Assembly (NCBI GenBank): GCA_043228905.1
Contig: JBHGNT010000014.1
Coordinates: 14,570,001-14,634,000, forward strand
Direction: 5' to 3'
DNA from: Azolla caroliniana
Taxonomy: Eukaryota > Plantae > Polypodiophyta
DNA: 64,000 nt
Part shown: in pieces, positions 34,390 through 46,900 of the stretch
How positions within the stretch are numbered: the first letter of the stretch is position 1
How the letters are laid out: every line of letters starts with the position of its first letter
Program-made: the position numbers and the translations under genes
Notes under the pieces: model-generated
The model's input: only the letters and a program-made list of their open reading frames with translations
What the model was told of the DNA's origin: nothing
Database searches by the model: none

Positions 34390-35165
34390 AATAGTGATTG
34401 GTTTTGAATTTTGATACGCTTTAGATCCGCAAATTTTTATAAGCCTATTGATTTTCTACGATTCTCTGTTGTTCAAGCTACCTGTAGTTGTAATCATCTA
34501 TATGAAGGCAAGCTTCTTGTAATCAAATTGTATAACATAAATCTATAGTTTTTCGTCATTATGTCAAATCTACGTCTATGTGTTTTTGTGTGCAGTAGCA
34601 CCCAAATCAACGAAGGGCATCGAAGAAGATATCGGTCATCGAAGGGCGCCACAGGTAATCATAATAAATAGCATCTTGGTAAAAACTTAGGTTCTCGGTT
34701 ACAAGTGTTTCCGCCTTGTTTGTTCCCGATCACTTTGACCCTTTGGTCAGTGCCACGTTAAAGTAGAACTCGCCTGCCTTCAACAAGTGAGCACTTGGAG
34801 CATGTCGGGGCCCAAGGGTGGGGAGGGGTAAGTGTGAAACCGTCCAGAAAACAAGACTAATAAGAGAAAACAAGAAGAAGAAGAAGAAGAAGAAGAAGAA
34901 GAAAGAAAGAAAGAAAGACAGGAAACAAAAACACCTCTGTTAATTTTTGTTTTTTTTGTTTTGGGGGGAGGGGGTATTATTTCCGTTTTTGGTTTTATTT
35001 TGTATTTTGTATTTTGTATTTTGTATTTTTATTTTTGGGTGTTATATTATTTGTTCTTTTATTCTGGGTTTTATTCTTTATCATTTTTGTTTTTGTCTCT
35101 TTTGGGGGGGTTGTTTTTTTGCTTTTTTTTATGCTGACTGGGATCTGCTGAGTAGGGCGGCAGGA

Positions 35166-35198
35166 GACACGTGGCGTAAGCGGCATGGAGCCACGTGG
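35166..35198. promoter_or_regulatory. Paired ABRE/G-box motifs upstream of the SLAC1-like gene
   Basis: GACACGTGGC at 35166-35175 and GCCACGTGG at 35190-35198; function not shown. Confidence 0.5.
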
Positions 35199-35250
35199 TG
35201 GGGCGGCAAAGCTCGGCGAATCTCGACGGCCGGCAGAGCGCGCCGGCCGC

Positions 35251-35340
35251 CTTCTTCTTCTTCTTCTTCTTCTTCTTCTTCTTCTTCTTCTTCTTCTTCT
35301 GCTTCGTCGTCTTCTTCTCCTTCGTCTTCTTCTTCTTTCT
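35251..35340. repeat. (CTT)n microsatellite
   Basis: Long CTT run; a (GAA)n run lies at about 34873-34915. Confidence 0.95.
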
Positions 35341-35371
35341 TTGAAAAGCAGAACCTGCTGCTGCTGCTACA

Positions 35372-35459
35372 GACAAGAAACCCTAATTTGTTCATATGTG
35401 GACAAGAAACCCTAATTTGTTCATATGTGGACAAGAAACCCTAATTTGTTCATATGTGG
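35372..35459. repeat. Three tandem copies of a 29-bp unit containing the telo-box AAACCCTAA
   Basis: GACAAGAAACCCTAATTTGTTCATATGTG at 35372, 35401 and 35430. Confidence 0.92.
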
Positions 35460-35977
35460 ATGTGTGTGGGGGCGGTGATCATGGCTGTACGCGGCACATA
35501 GCGAAGCTCCCAGCTCTGTGACAGCCATAGCCACACACGGATATGTATATATAATATATATATATATATATATATGGAATGTATAGTTCTGCGACTTCCT
35601 GAGCTCAGAATCTCCCTTTCCCTTTCCCTTTCCCTTTCTCTCAGACCTTAGTGTGCTTGCAGGAACTAATTCATATCTTAAAGAAGCTGATTCTCGGATG
35701 AGAGCTTTGGCCTCTCCTTTTTTCCCCTTCCCTTCCTTCTTTGCAGCTTTTCATTACCTCCGGGTTCTCATCTTTTGCTGTTCCCTCTGCAGATCCTTCA
35801 GTATACATACCCCTGGAAACAGGCGACATTGATAGAAAGAAAAAGCAGAAGAAAGAGAAAAACAAAACAAAAACAAACAGGAGAGACATATCTATATTGT
35901 ATATATATATATATTCCTTCTTCTTCTTGGTTACTGCTGGAGAGATATAGAAATTGAGCGAGAGCTTCTTACTGAAC

Positions 35978-36137
35978 TTGGATATTTTTCCTGTCTCTTC
36001 ATTACCTTGCCCCAATTAAGAACTTAGGCGTCAGGATCTTCTTTCTGATCTTACCATTTTGGATATTTTTCCTGTCTCTTCATTACCTTGCCCCAATTAA
36101 GAACTTTGGCGTCAGGATCTTCTTTCTGATCTTACCT
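35978..36137. repeat. 81-bp tandem duplication in the presumed 5' UTR/leader intron
   Basis: TTGGATATTTTTCCTG..GATCTTACC at 35978 and 36059. Confidence 0.9.
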
Positions 36138-36559
36138 TTCCTTGCTGCTTCTGATTCTTCAGCGAATGAGAAATGCTCTCTCTAACCCTGACTATTTCTA
36201 GCTGTTTCTGCATTTTCAAATCCAAGCAGGTTTAAAAAATTTGCATTACTGGCAAAAAGAGATTTTATAGCTTTCTTTCTGAGGATTCCTCTCCCTTCCC
36301 TGCATCTTCAAAATCCTAGTTACATATACATACATTAACAAGTTTTGACGACCGATCGTAGGACATTTTTCATTATCATTCAATCATCACGTTTCTGGCA
36401 CTCCATACCCGGATTCTGAACAATATAAACTTCTTTTGTTCAAAATCTTTGCACTATATATAATAAGCTTCTGTTCCTCCTGCTCATTAATTTGAATAAA
36501 ATCAAAGGTCAGGCACATTTCCATTCAAATTCTTAACAGTATCGACAACACTGGTTACT

Positions 36560-37555
36560 ATGTCTTCCGATATTCAACGTGAACCGTTTTATCCTCATGA
36601 TGTGGAAAACGCATGGAAAACCAGAGAGGATCACTTGCTCCGTGAAAGGAAAATGCAAGCTAATCCTACAGCAAATTCAGACAATGAAGAAGACTTTCCA
36701 CAGTTGCTCAGAATGATTAATGGAAGCTGTTCTTTTCCTGACGATTACTTCGACACAGGCAATCATCATCACTTCATCCAAGAGAATAATACCGCAAGCA
36801 ATGCCACGTTCACAGGGTTTAGAACCGGATCTTGCACTGATGATTTCTTCGACTCCGAAAATCACTCTGCAAATGGAATTGTCAATCACGCTGAGTTAGT
36901 TTCCCAAAATTCATATGGAATCGATTCTTCCTTCCATAAGCCCTCTCCTGAAGATACAACTGTAGACATTTCCAGACTCATTGTAGCAGAGAAACAACAA
37001 AATGCTCCTTCTAATCATGAAACTAGCATAGCAAATTGTACAACTGATGTTGCTAATCCTCCTCCCAAATCTGCACTCTCAAGAAGAAGTCCTCAAGTTG
37101 AAATAGTGAGGAAAGTATCCTTTAGGTCTAGAAGCTCCATTAATAGCGATCCTTTAGAAGGATCTAAAGATGATAAGGAGAGTATTTTAATGCCTCCAAC
37201 AACAACGCCAAACTCTATGCATAAAACTGGGAAATTTAAAGGAAAGAATAAGAAGTTCTTCTCAATGCCCAATCCAAGCATTACAAAGGTTTCAGGCAAA
37301 ATGAATGGCATAAATAGAGTTTACTCTGGACCAGTAAATGGATGTAATTCAAAGGATAATTTGGATGCAGCCAAGAAAGAAAATTATGTATTGTTTAAAA
37401 CAAAGTCTAAAAAACAGTTCTCCCAATTGCTTTCTCGAAGATTAGCACAGAATGAAAGCAAACTAGCAAGCCAAGATAGCTTCCAAACAGGAAAAGCCAT
37501 GCCTGCTGGACGATACTTTGATGCATTGAAGGGACCTGAGCTTGAGATATTGAAG
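36560..37555 (+). CDS. SLAC1-like coding exon 1 (long cytosolic N-terminus)
   Basis: ORF from ATG 36560; donor AAG/GTCAG after 37555, phase 0. Confidence 0.85.
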
Positions 37556-39945
37556 GTCAGTATGAAATTCACTTTCACACACACACACACACACGTTATG
37601 GTTAGCATCTTGAAACTTAGGATTTTGTGATATATATCAATAATTAAAGAACTCTTGCACTATTTCCTTTAACATCAGAGCGTTCATGTGATAATGTTGT
37701 TGTTGCTTTTAAGGTATATAGAAAGCTCTTGCACGATTTCCTCTAACATCAGATTCTTCATGCACATGTCTTTTGGCTAGGACTGTGAGGAACCTTTACT
37801 TCCACTTGATCAACAATGGCCATTTCTCCTTCGATTTCCGATAGGCTGCTTTGGCATATGCCTTGGTTTAGGCAGCCAGTCAATCCTTTGGAAAACTCTG
37901 GCTATGAGTCAATCAATTAGCTTTCTAAGAATACCCCTCTTTATTAACCTCATCTTATGGTACTTGGCTGCACTAGCACTTGTTGGCATTTCAGTAGTAT
38001 ATGGTTTGAAGTGCCTCTTCTATTTTGAAGCAGTTCGGAGAGAATACTACCACCCCGTGCGAGTGAACTTCTTCTTCGCTCCATGGATAGCTTGCATGTT
38101 TTTAACCTTGGGTATTCCCCCCAGTATTGCTACTTCTATTCATCCAGCACTCTGGGGTATATTTACTACCCCAATTCTGCTGTTAGAGCTAAAGATATAT
38201 GGACAATGGCTTTCAGGGGGAGCAAGAAGGTTATCCAGAGTGGCTAATCCTTCAACTCACTTGTCTTTAGTCGGAAATTTCATTAGTGCCTTGTTGGCAT
38301 CAACAGTTGGTTTGAAAGAACCAGCTATATTCTTCTGGGCAGTTGGATGCGCACATTATCTAGTTCTCTTTGTAACTCTATATCAACGTCTGCCCATCTC
38401 CGAGGTTGTCACTAAAGAACTTCATCCTATATTTTTCCTCTTTGTAGCTGCCCCGAGTGCCGCTAGTGTTGCTTGGAAGACTATTAATGGTAGCTTCGAC
38501 TGTGTTTCTCGAATGGCATACTTTCTCGCACTCTTCCTCTATTCATCACTGGTGAGTTTGTTTCCTAAATTATTGCACTAGAACATGCACTATGTTCATT
38601 ATTACTGAGTTTGTTTTCTTAGATATAGCACTGAAATATGCACTGTACTACCATAGTCACCATTGATGAGTTCGTTTCTTTAACATTGTTTTGGGAAATT
38701 AAAATAAAGTTACTTACATCTTAATTTTTGGGCATGCCTCTACAGGTAGTGCGGCTCAACTTCTTTTATGGGTTCAAGTAAGTGATTCCAAATCATTTCT
38801 TTGTGCTGGTTCTGTTTCTCAATAGCAATGCCATGACTTTAATGTAGTGGCAGTTAACCTTATGCCAAAAGAAAAATGAAACTAGAAAGTGCAATATGTA
38901 TCCATCAAAGTGTCCTAAATAGCGAAATGAATTAAGAAAGAGTTATAATCAAGAAAGATTAAACTGCGAGTGACTTGAATCACGCCTCTACAAAGCTTTG
39001 AGACGTATTTCTTCTGTCGGAAATAGGGTAAAATGAAATGCCAGTCAAGTGTATTACCTTTGTCGCTGATCATGGAAAACATGGAAAATGCACCCACATG
39101 CTTGAGGATTATCACGTAAGACAAGGAATGATTTCCTTATCTAACATCAGCTTGTAAAGCCCCTTCAATGCATTGAGGTTCACATATTGAAGGAACTCTT
39201 AATATCTAATCAATGCATTGAGGCTCACATGTTTAAAATCATAAAGCAGAGCAAAACACTGTAATCATCACATTGGAATACCTATAATCATTAACTTGCT
39301 CTCCACAGATAAGGGGAAGGGGAAAAACATATTGAAACCCTATTGAAATCGAAAACTTGAATGTTTTTTGTGACTAAATTTGGGAATAAATTACAGTGGG
39401 AAGTACAAAATAAACTGTGTAAAAGATTGGCATTGCATTTCTGGTTTTGTAGAATTTTCTATTTATATGATGATGCACTCGGAGATAAGTTAACATTGGT
39501 GATAGTACATGTCTTTTGCAGGTTTTCTCTTACGTGGTGGGCATATACATTTCCAATGACTGCATTAGCTATTGCTACAATCCACTATTCAATGGAAGTG
39601 CAGCACCCAATAACACAAGTTATGGCAGTCATACTTTCCTTCATTTCAAGTGCTGTGGTGTCTACCTTGTTTGTGACAACAATCGTGCAGACAATAAGGG
39701 GCAGTTTATTTCCAAATGATTTGCCCATAGCCATAGCAACGAGGAGGCATAACAAACGAAAACAAAAGGGTCAGAAAGAAGAAGGGTCATCATGTAAGAA
39801 GGAAGGGTCATCATCATGTAAGAGTTTGGCTATTGATGAAAGCAAGTCAGAGAAGTGTGATAAAGTTGTCTTGGCTAAAGAGGGAGGAGGGGTTTTGGTA
39901 GCATCCATACAGGATGGCCATGTTAGCATCCAATCCACACTCTGA
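36560..39945 (+). CDS. SLAC1: SLAC1/SLAH-family slow anion channel, join(36560..37555,37781..38551,38746..38777,39522..39945), about 740 aa
   Basis: GT-AG introns keep the frame. Motifs FKTKS, AGRYFDALKGPELE, WPFLLRFPIGCFGICLGL, EYYHPVRVNFFFAPW, VANPSTHLS, TLYQRLP, WWAYTFPMT (gate Phe), LFPND. SLAC1 versus SLAH2/3 orthology is not resolved. Confidence 0.93.
37781..38551 (+). CDS. SLAC1-like coding exon 2 (most transmembrane helices)
   Basis: Acceptor CTAG ending 37780, donor CTG/GTGAG; 771 bp. Confidence 0.92.
38746..38777 (+). CDS. SLAC1-like coding exon 3 (32-bp mini-exon, VVRLNFFYGFK)
   Basis: TACAG acceptor, AA/GTAAG donor; matches the family's VRINFFxGF motif. Confidence 0.88.
39522..39945 (+). 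CDS. SLAC1-like coding exon 4
   Basis: TTTTGCAG acceptor; FSLTWWAYTFPMT..LFPND; TGA at 39943-39945. Confidence 0.9.
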
Positions 39946-42900
39946 AGAACACTGGAAATTTCGGGTTCACACACACCCTTTTCCGTGCATGGTACCTTGG
40001 ACACACATGTCGCGGCATCGGGGATGACTCCCATTACATGAGAATGCATCAATAATAGCTCTTTTGCTTGACATGGCCAAGTTCGAACCTTACATGTTGG
40101 AAATTTAGCTTGTCGTGCCTTCTTATTGGCACATTGGCCTCCATCACAAACACACACACACACACTGTGTGTGTGTGGCATATACTAAATGATGTTGTGT
40201 CCTTTCTGTTGATGATCGCTACTTAAGATAGTGCCTCGAGAAAAGGGCTTATAATACCATTAATATAGACGAGACCATCATTATATTTGTCAGTGGTATC
40301 GTTTTTATCCGAGTATAATAGTAATATAGATGAGGACATATTTATATGTTGTGCTTGTTCAATCAACAACTACATGTTGGTGAAGTTCAACTTAAACTTC
40401 TCTTTTACATGGGGAGTAACCAAATGGTGTATAGATGACTGTGATGTTTCTCGTGTTTTGCAAACTGCGTTTACCTTTAGAGATGGATTTAACTTCTACT
40501 TAACAAAGTAAGATCGGAACACATGGCTCTAGTTATTGGGATTAACTTAATCAACGAGTGGTTTCATGAACACACATGAGAAATGTCTATTGACCAATTT
40601 CGTGGGAGAAAAGCACTTCTAAAATATATATTGCAAAGGAAGAGATGAAAATTTCACATAGTGCATAATACCAATCACCTCCCACCCCAACACCATTGGT
40701 TTACCGCTAAAAAATGATAGTTGTTTCATATTGTCAACCAAAATGGTTTATGTTTGGTCTAATTGACTTCAATTAAGATTGTAATATGATTCTTGTAGTC
40801 ATAAGATTTTTCCTAATCTCAAGGATTTCATTCTTGTACTTTAGTTTTGTGCATTGTGATTCCTTTATTTTCTTTGATTGTAATATGCACACTTTATAAA
40901 AGTCTAATTATGCATTCATGGATACTACCCCAAAAAATAGATAGGCGATGACTTCCGATCCCATATAATGATTAGTTAAATTTGGATGGTTGCAACATGC
41001 TAGTTGTATCAACATGTTGTTATGGTTTCGAGAAGCCTATTTTAAAAAGTTGATGCGAAGTCTTTATTGATTTTCCATAGCAAGCCAAAACACTTTAATG
41101 CATGTTGGTTTTTCTCTAATTGGGAACCTCAACCTTGAACTAGCACTTTGTTTTCCAAATTTCTTGTGCATTTTAGTAAACACTAATTGTTTTCCTAATA
41201 CTTCACGTACTAGTATACAAGTAAGAATTACAGCCTATAATCATATTGGTATCTTTAAATCAATGTCACAATGAAATGATTATATTGCAAATCCCCATTA
41301 GAAATTCTCTTATGATTTTGGTTAACAAAAAGAGCTTTATCACAATTGAAAGAATAGGAGTTAGACTTTGTCTTTGACACGAATTGGTGTTAGGGGATAG
41401 ACCAAGTGTAGAAATTTTAAGGAGATGGATCCTTCGTGTAAGAATACCTCAAATTGAGTAGTGAGGTTTTATTCCATGTAGTCATGTAAATAATGCATCC
41501 ATCTGGATCTCAAGAGTCACCTAGACTGTTACATCCTTTCAAGGAACGCCTCTCATTTTAACATATTTTTGTTGACAATTAATAAAATCTCTTTAAACAC
41601 TTCATATACTCATGGGAATGACACGGTTACCTTGGATTTGACAATAGGTACAAAATGATTGTGTCTACGCTTTATATAATGATAAAGTGACATAACACTT
41701 TTATCTAATGATAGAGTGACACAATTACCTTCAAGTTTGATACCCTCGACAGTCTTTTAACAACGGTTCAAGATGCTTTTTAATTCACATACGTAAACTC
41801 ATTTTGAAGGCCTTATCAATTCGTTCACAAATAATACATTCAAATGCTTTTGTAGATTAATTATGGCTCTATCTTGACCTTGGCACACGTGGATGCCTTT
41901 ACCTCTTCATACAAAGTTCCACTAAAACACATGATACTCATTTAAGATCCCTCTGAAACCCCACTATATAAGGAATGACCTAGACACTACTCATAACAAG
42001 TTAACTTCACTTTACTAATGGCTTGTAATTGGATCCCGATCTCTATTGTAAGGAATATTTTCTTTTTGTTGGTATTAGCCAAAAGTTCTAAATCATAAAT
42101 GTACTACTTATTCTCAACACTAAGCCTCATGGTAAAGATAATCAAGTCACGCGCACAATATTGTGATTACATACAAGATTATGTATAATTGATACCGATT
42201 TTGTAAACACTTTAATAACAAACTTCTTTATGCACAAGGAAATTTATTTATGTTAGGCATGATGAGGAATGAGCCCATCATGACATAATGTCCGTTCTAG
42301 TTTACGATGTGTTTTCTTTTTTAGTTCTCTTTTATTTCTTGAGTTTTTTATGTGTTAAGATTTTGATAACCAATAAAAAGCATTTTGAAATGAAAGATTG
42401 TCATTTCCAAATAAACAATTTGAGTTATGAAACTTTTACTTAAAATTTGGATGTGCAAAGATTTCTACCACCAATGGAAAGCATTTAGAAATAATTGGTT
42501 GACGTTTCCAAGGAAGAAATCGTGTTGATGTAGACTAGTTCTAGTTACAATAAACATAAAAAAACCACCATGTTGATGTAAACTCTTGTGGCATCATGCT
42601 TGGCATGAGGAAAAGACAAATAAAACATGATCGTAATGGATATTTACAAGCAAAAGGTCACACCCTAAATAATCGTGAGCCACTCCAAAACTCTATGGAG
42701 CCCATTTAAGACTAAAGTCATTGAAATTGATTGCTCTCACTTGGGGCATAAAGGTAGAGGACTGAGGTGTTAGGGAGCTTTTAGTTTCAAATTGGATTTG
42801 CACAAAAGTGTGTGAGTAAAAACGTAGATGAATGTAATGAGACAATTCAATTCTTGTTACATGTCATCTATATGTGTACTCATTACTATTTGCTGTCTTG

Positions 42901-43204
42901 AGAGTTTGAGACATCTTCAAATATGTAGATGTTAAGATGATATAATTAGTACAATATTTGTCAAATACCAAAGTCAAAGATATCAATCTTCTCATTCTTT
43001 TGCACAAGACAATTGCTTAATCGGAGACATAGATTGACATATTGGCATTCGTGGACGTTACCACACGAATGCCTACGAATATGAATACGCTTGCAAGATA
43101 AAATATTTGTTTAAAAAAGAGAGTTCATAAAGTCCCTACTTTTTAGTTTCTTAGATATATGATTATCATATAACAAAGAGGACGTTAACAATAAAAAGGG
43201 AATA

Positions 43205-43950
43205 TTTTACTTCATATTAAAAAGTAGACCTAGACTAATAATATTTTTATAATGGATGTAAAACTTAAAAGTATTTGTTTTATTTTTAATACAAAAAAAG
43301 GTTCATTAATTCCCCACTTTTTACTCTCCCACAAAATTTGATATTTTTATGTGTCATTAAAAAGGGGTCCTCGCACTAACAATATTTTTATAATGGATAT
43401 AAAAACTTAAAAGTATTTATTTTATTTTTTCATAAAACAATAAATAAATAAAAGGTTCATTGATTTCTCACTTTTTATTCTCCCACAAAATTTGATATTT
43501 TCATTAAAAATGGGACCTCACACTAATAATATTGTGGTGTGCATGTGTTCCTTTGTGCCACCCTCTTAGCACACCCTTTTTAGGATGGATGTATCATGTA
43601 CTTAAGCTGATCCACCCTTTTAGCACACCCTTTTTGGCTAAGCCAACCCAAATGGGTACCTTTGTATCAACTATAAATTGAGTAAGAAGCAAGAAGCTAA
43701 CTAGGCTGGTTTTGATCTCTTATGTGCATTTCATAATATTTTTATAATTGATGTAAAACTTAAAAGTATTTATTTTATTTTTAATAAAATAAATAAACAA
43801 TAAACAATAAATAAAAGTCTCATTAATCCCCCCACTTTTTACACTCCCACAAAATTTGATATTTTTATCTGACATTAAAAAGGGAACCTCACACTAATAA
43901 TATTTTAGTAATGATGTAAAAATATTTGTTTTTTTTTAATAATAAATAAA
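43205..43950. repeat. Degenerate AT-rich tandem repeat, about 3.5 units of 145-175 bp
   Basis: AATATTTTTATAATGGATGTAAAACTTAAAAGTATT and CTCCCACAAAATTTGATATTTT recur three times. Confidence 0.8.
43533..43733 (+). mobile_element. 201-bp TG..CA insertion (short solo LTR-like) with TAATAT duplication
   Basis: TAATAT at 43527-43532 and 43734-43739; internal CTATAAAT; interrupts the tandem repeat. Confidence 0.65.
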
Positions 43951-46900
43951 TAAACGAATGGTTCTATAATATTCTTGGGGTCATTTTGTATTCTCGAATA
44001 TTACAAAAGGAGAATACCACGAATATCACGCATGGGTCAATCTATGATTGGAGATAAGGAGCAGAAGATATGGCTTAAATATTACATTCATTAATGATCT
44101 TTAGTTTTGGTAGCAAATGTAATTGCTCATGTTGAAATCTATACTCAATCATTTTGTTACTACATTTTATCATGTGTACACACCATGTGCAATGTATCTC
44201 CCCTCAATTACTAAGTTTCTCCATCTTGTGAGATCCAATTATCAAAATTTCTTGTGAGCGACATTAATGTTGTCACAAGATTTCAAGAGAATTGTCTGAA
44301 AGATGTGAAGGAGACTATCACTAAGGACTTGAACCAAGGAAGATGACTTTAAAGGTATTAGCGATGAATGGTTGCAGACTGCAGTATTTTAATGGGTAAG
44401 ATTGTTAAGGCTCTTTGTGTTTTCCCTTCTTAATTCACATAGGTGCATTTATAGGTGTGCACTTTGTGTACAAGATAATGTGATTTACTAAGTGAAGTAT
44501 ATGAGCTCCTTTATTTTATTCAACGATTATGTATGCCGTAATGTGTAAATACATATGTGTGTTTAGCTTATTGATTGTGTGTGTGCACATGATTATGTGA
44601 ATATATTCGTACTTGGGAAGTATTTATGTAGGGATGGATATATATGGGTTTGAAAATGTTGTGTATGAAGTATATGTGTGTGAGTGTGTAGTTTGTACTT
44701 ATGGGCGTTCTTATGTTTGTATGTATCTTCACTTTGATAATGGTGTGTGTATTAGACTTTAGGACTATTTGCATAGTTGCCAATATAAGGGTATTTTGGG
44801 AATATAAGGTCCTCCCCCTTTTTGAGTGGGTGTTAAGAGTGTAATGGCCAAAGGAGTAAGATGAAAAAGGGTAAGTGTGTGTATGTGCTTTTAGTTTGAA
44901 CCCTAGGTTCAGAGCTAACGCAATCATCGGGTGGAGGGTTAGTGTCGAGGAGATTTAAAGTTGACTCCCTCATTTGTTGCAGATAATGATTTGTTGCAAC
45001 AATGGTAGTTAATTGAAGAGAGGCTTGACAAGTGCAACATTGCTTGTTGTGTTCAATGCCGAATGATGCTTAATTTCTTGGGCATGAAGGAATTCCTTTG
45101 TGTGTAGTAGTTATATTGTGTTGAGCTTCACATGATAGAACTGAATAAGTTCTATAATGGGGTTTCCCCTTTTGGCAGGACCTTTGTGTGGACAAGTCCA
45201 CATGAGAGCTCTTCTCTTACTGTGTTGAGAAGTATACACCGTGGTTTGTTCATATCACGTGGACAAGTCCACATAATGGTTTAGGTTGGGGTCATGATGG
45301 TTGGGCACACCCCAATGGTTGGGGTCAAGAGGGAACCAAATTTTGTGGAATGCGGATATGCGAGTTCAAATTCCATGCTCAAATTTTTTTAATGTAGAGT
45401 CTAATTTCTTGTTTTTTGCCAAAACATTAGTGCATTTTGTTGGTCGGAACTCAAATACTACAGATGGGGAAATAATAAATTTGTGTTGCTCCTACTTGTG
45501 ACAAGTGTTTAATGAAGGAAGCTAGTGTAGGTGACGAGTTATTCCCTTGTTGCGCAATTTGGAGACTAAAGGTTTCCTTCACATTTGGGATGAAGTAAAC
45601 ATGCACCATATTTTGGTTAGCGAAGTAAGTGAAGAATAGGTGTCAATCAAGCTTTGAGTGAACTAAATAGCCTACATAATATTTGTTAGTGAATCCTCTA
45701 ATAACTTTTCATCTTGACCTTAGTGACTATACGCAATGAGATAATACGCTAATAGAATTAACTTGAATGCTTAATCACTTATCACTCAAATGTACAAAGA
45801 AAGCATTATGATAGAGAAATCACAAGAGGATACCACCAATCAAGTCTCACATTCCTCCACCACAAACACACACTTATTTGGAAAGATCAAGTAGGCCTTA
45901 GGAGAATATAATGAGATGTAGAGAGATTAACATCTCCCCCATTACCTGACCTAATGAGCACACACTCATAGGTGCACCCATTATGGTGGTGTGATTGTTT
46001 AATGACAATTTTGGTGATGTGAACAACAAGAAGGTAAAAGAGGGTGTTTGATAGGAGTACAATGTAGAATTTTGATGGTGAGAGGTAGAAGGCATGCTCA
46101 TTGTGTCAATTGAGATGAATAGAGGAAATTGAAGATTTGGTTTGTATAAAGTTGGTGAATAGCTAGCCAAAATGTGAGGCAGGAAAGTTGGAATAACCAA
46201 TGTGTCCACCATGTTTCAAAATCATTGAGATATGAAGATGGAAGTTTGAGCTTGACTCCAAAGTCAAGGAAATTGCGACTTTTCGAGACTGCATTAAGAT
46301 CAAAAGGCAAACCTCTCATGGATTTATCATATTCATGGTATTTACATGTTTGAAACACTAGATCGGTTAGGACTATGCTCAATGGTTGTAATAGGCTAAT
46401 GTTTGTTTAATAGTAAGATTAGGTATGTTGATGTAGTCATTGATGAATGCATCATGATCAACAACATTCACTCCTTTGTTGGATTGGGATTCTTTTGTTT
46501 GATTTGCACAAGGCAAACTACATGGGATGAAGTTTGCCAAACTACCACCTTGGCCTCTAGGCCCCAAATTGGATAAACGTGCTACATTATACAAATATGA
46601 GCAAGAGATAACTAAGTACATGGTGATGCCTTTTGCCGATTCTAAATTGCACGTAATGGAAGCAAGTGCTCACTTAGAAGACAACGACACAAGGGAACAC
46701 GATGTTGATTTTGCCAATGAAAACCCCCACGTCGACATTTGAAAACAAAGTGACCTTTCAAGTAAGACACCCACATCCCCCCTCTAATAGGCACACACAG
46801 AACATCGCATATGACCACCCCTATTTGGAAAACCCCCTTTCTACTTCATCCACTTCACCTATTCACATCATTACACTCAATCCTCCAACCCTGAAACTAT

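Noticed and set aside
34947-35444. Poly-S/E/K/L ORFs
   Set aside because: Artefacts of the (CTT)n microsatellite and T-rich low-complexity sequence.
40000-40110. Antisense PPR-like peptide (QAKELL..GVIPDAATCVS) after the SLAC1-like stop
   Set aside because: A single short degenerate motif with no neighbouring repeats; cannot be supported without a profile search.
43533-43733. Cassandra (5S-containing TRIM) identity
   Set aside because: No recognisable 5S rRNA A/C-box sequence.
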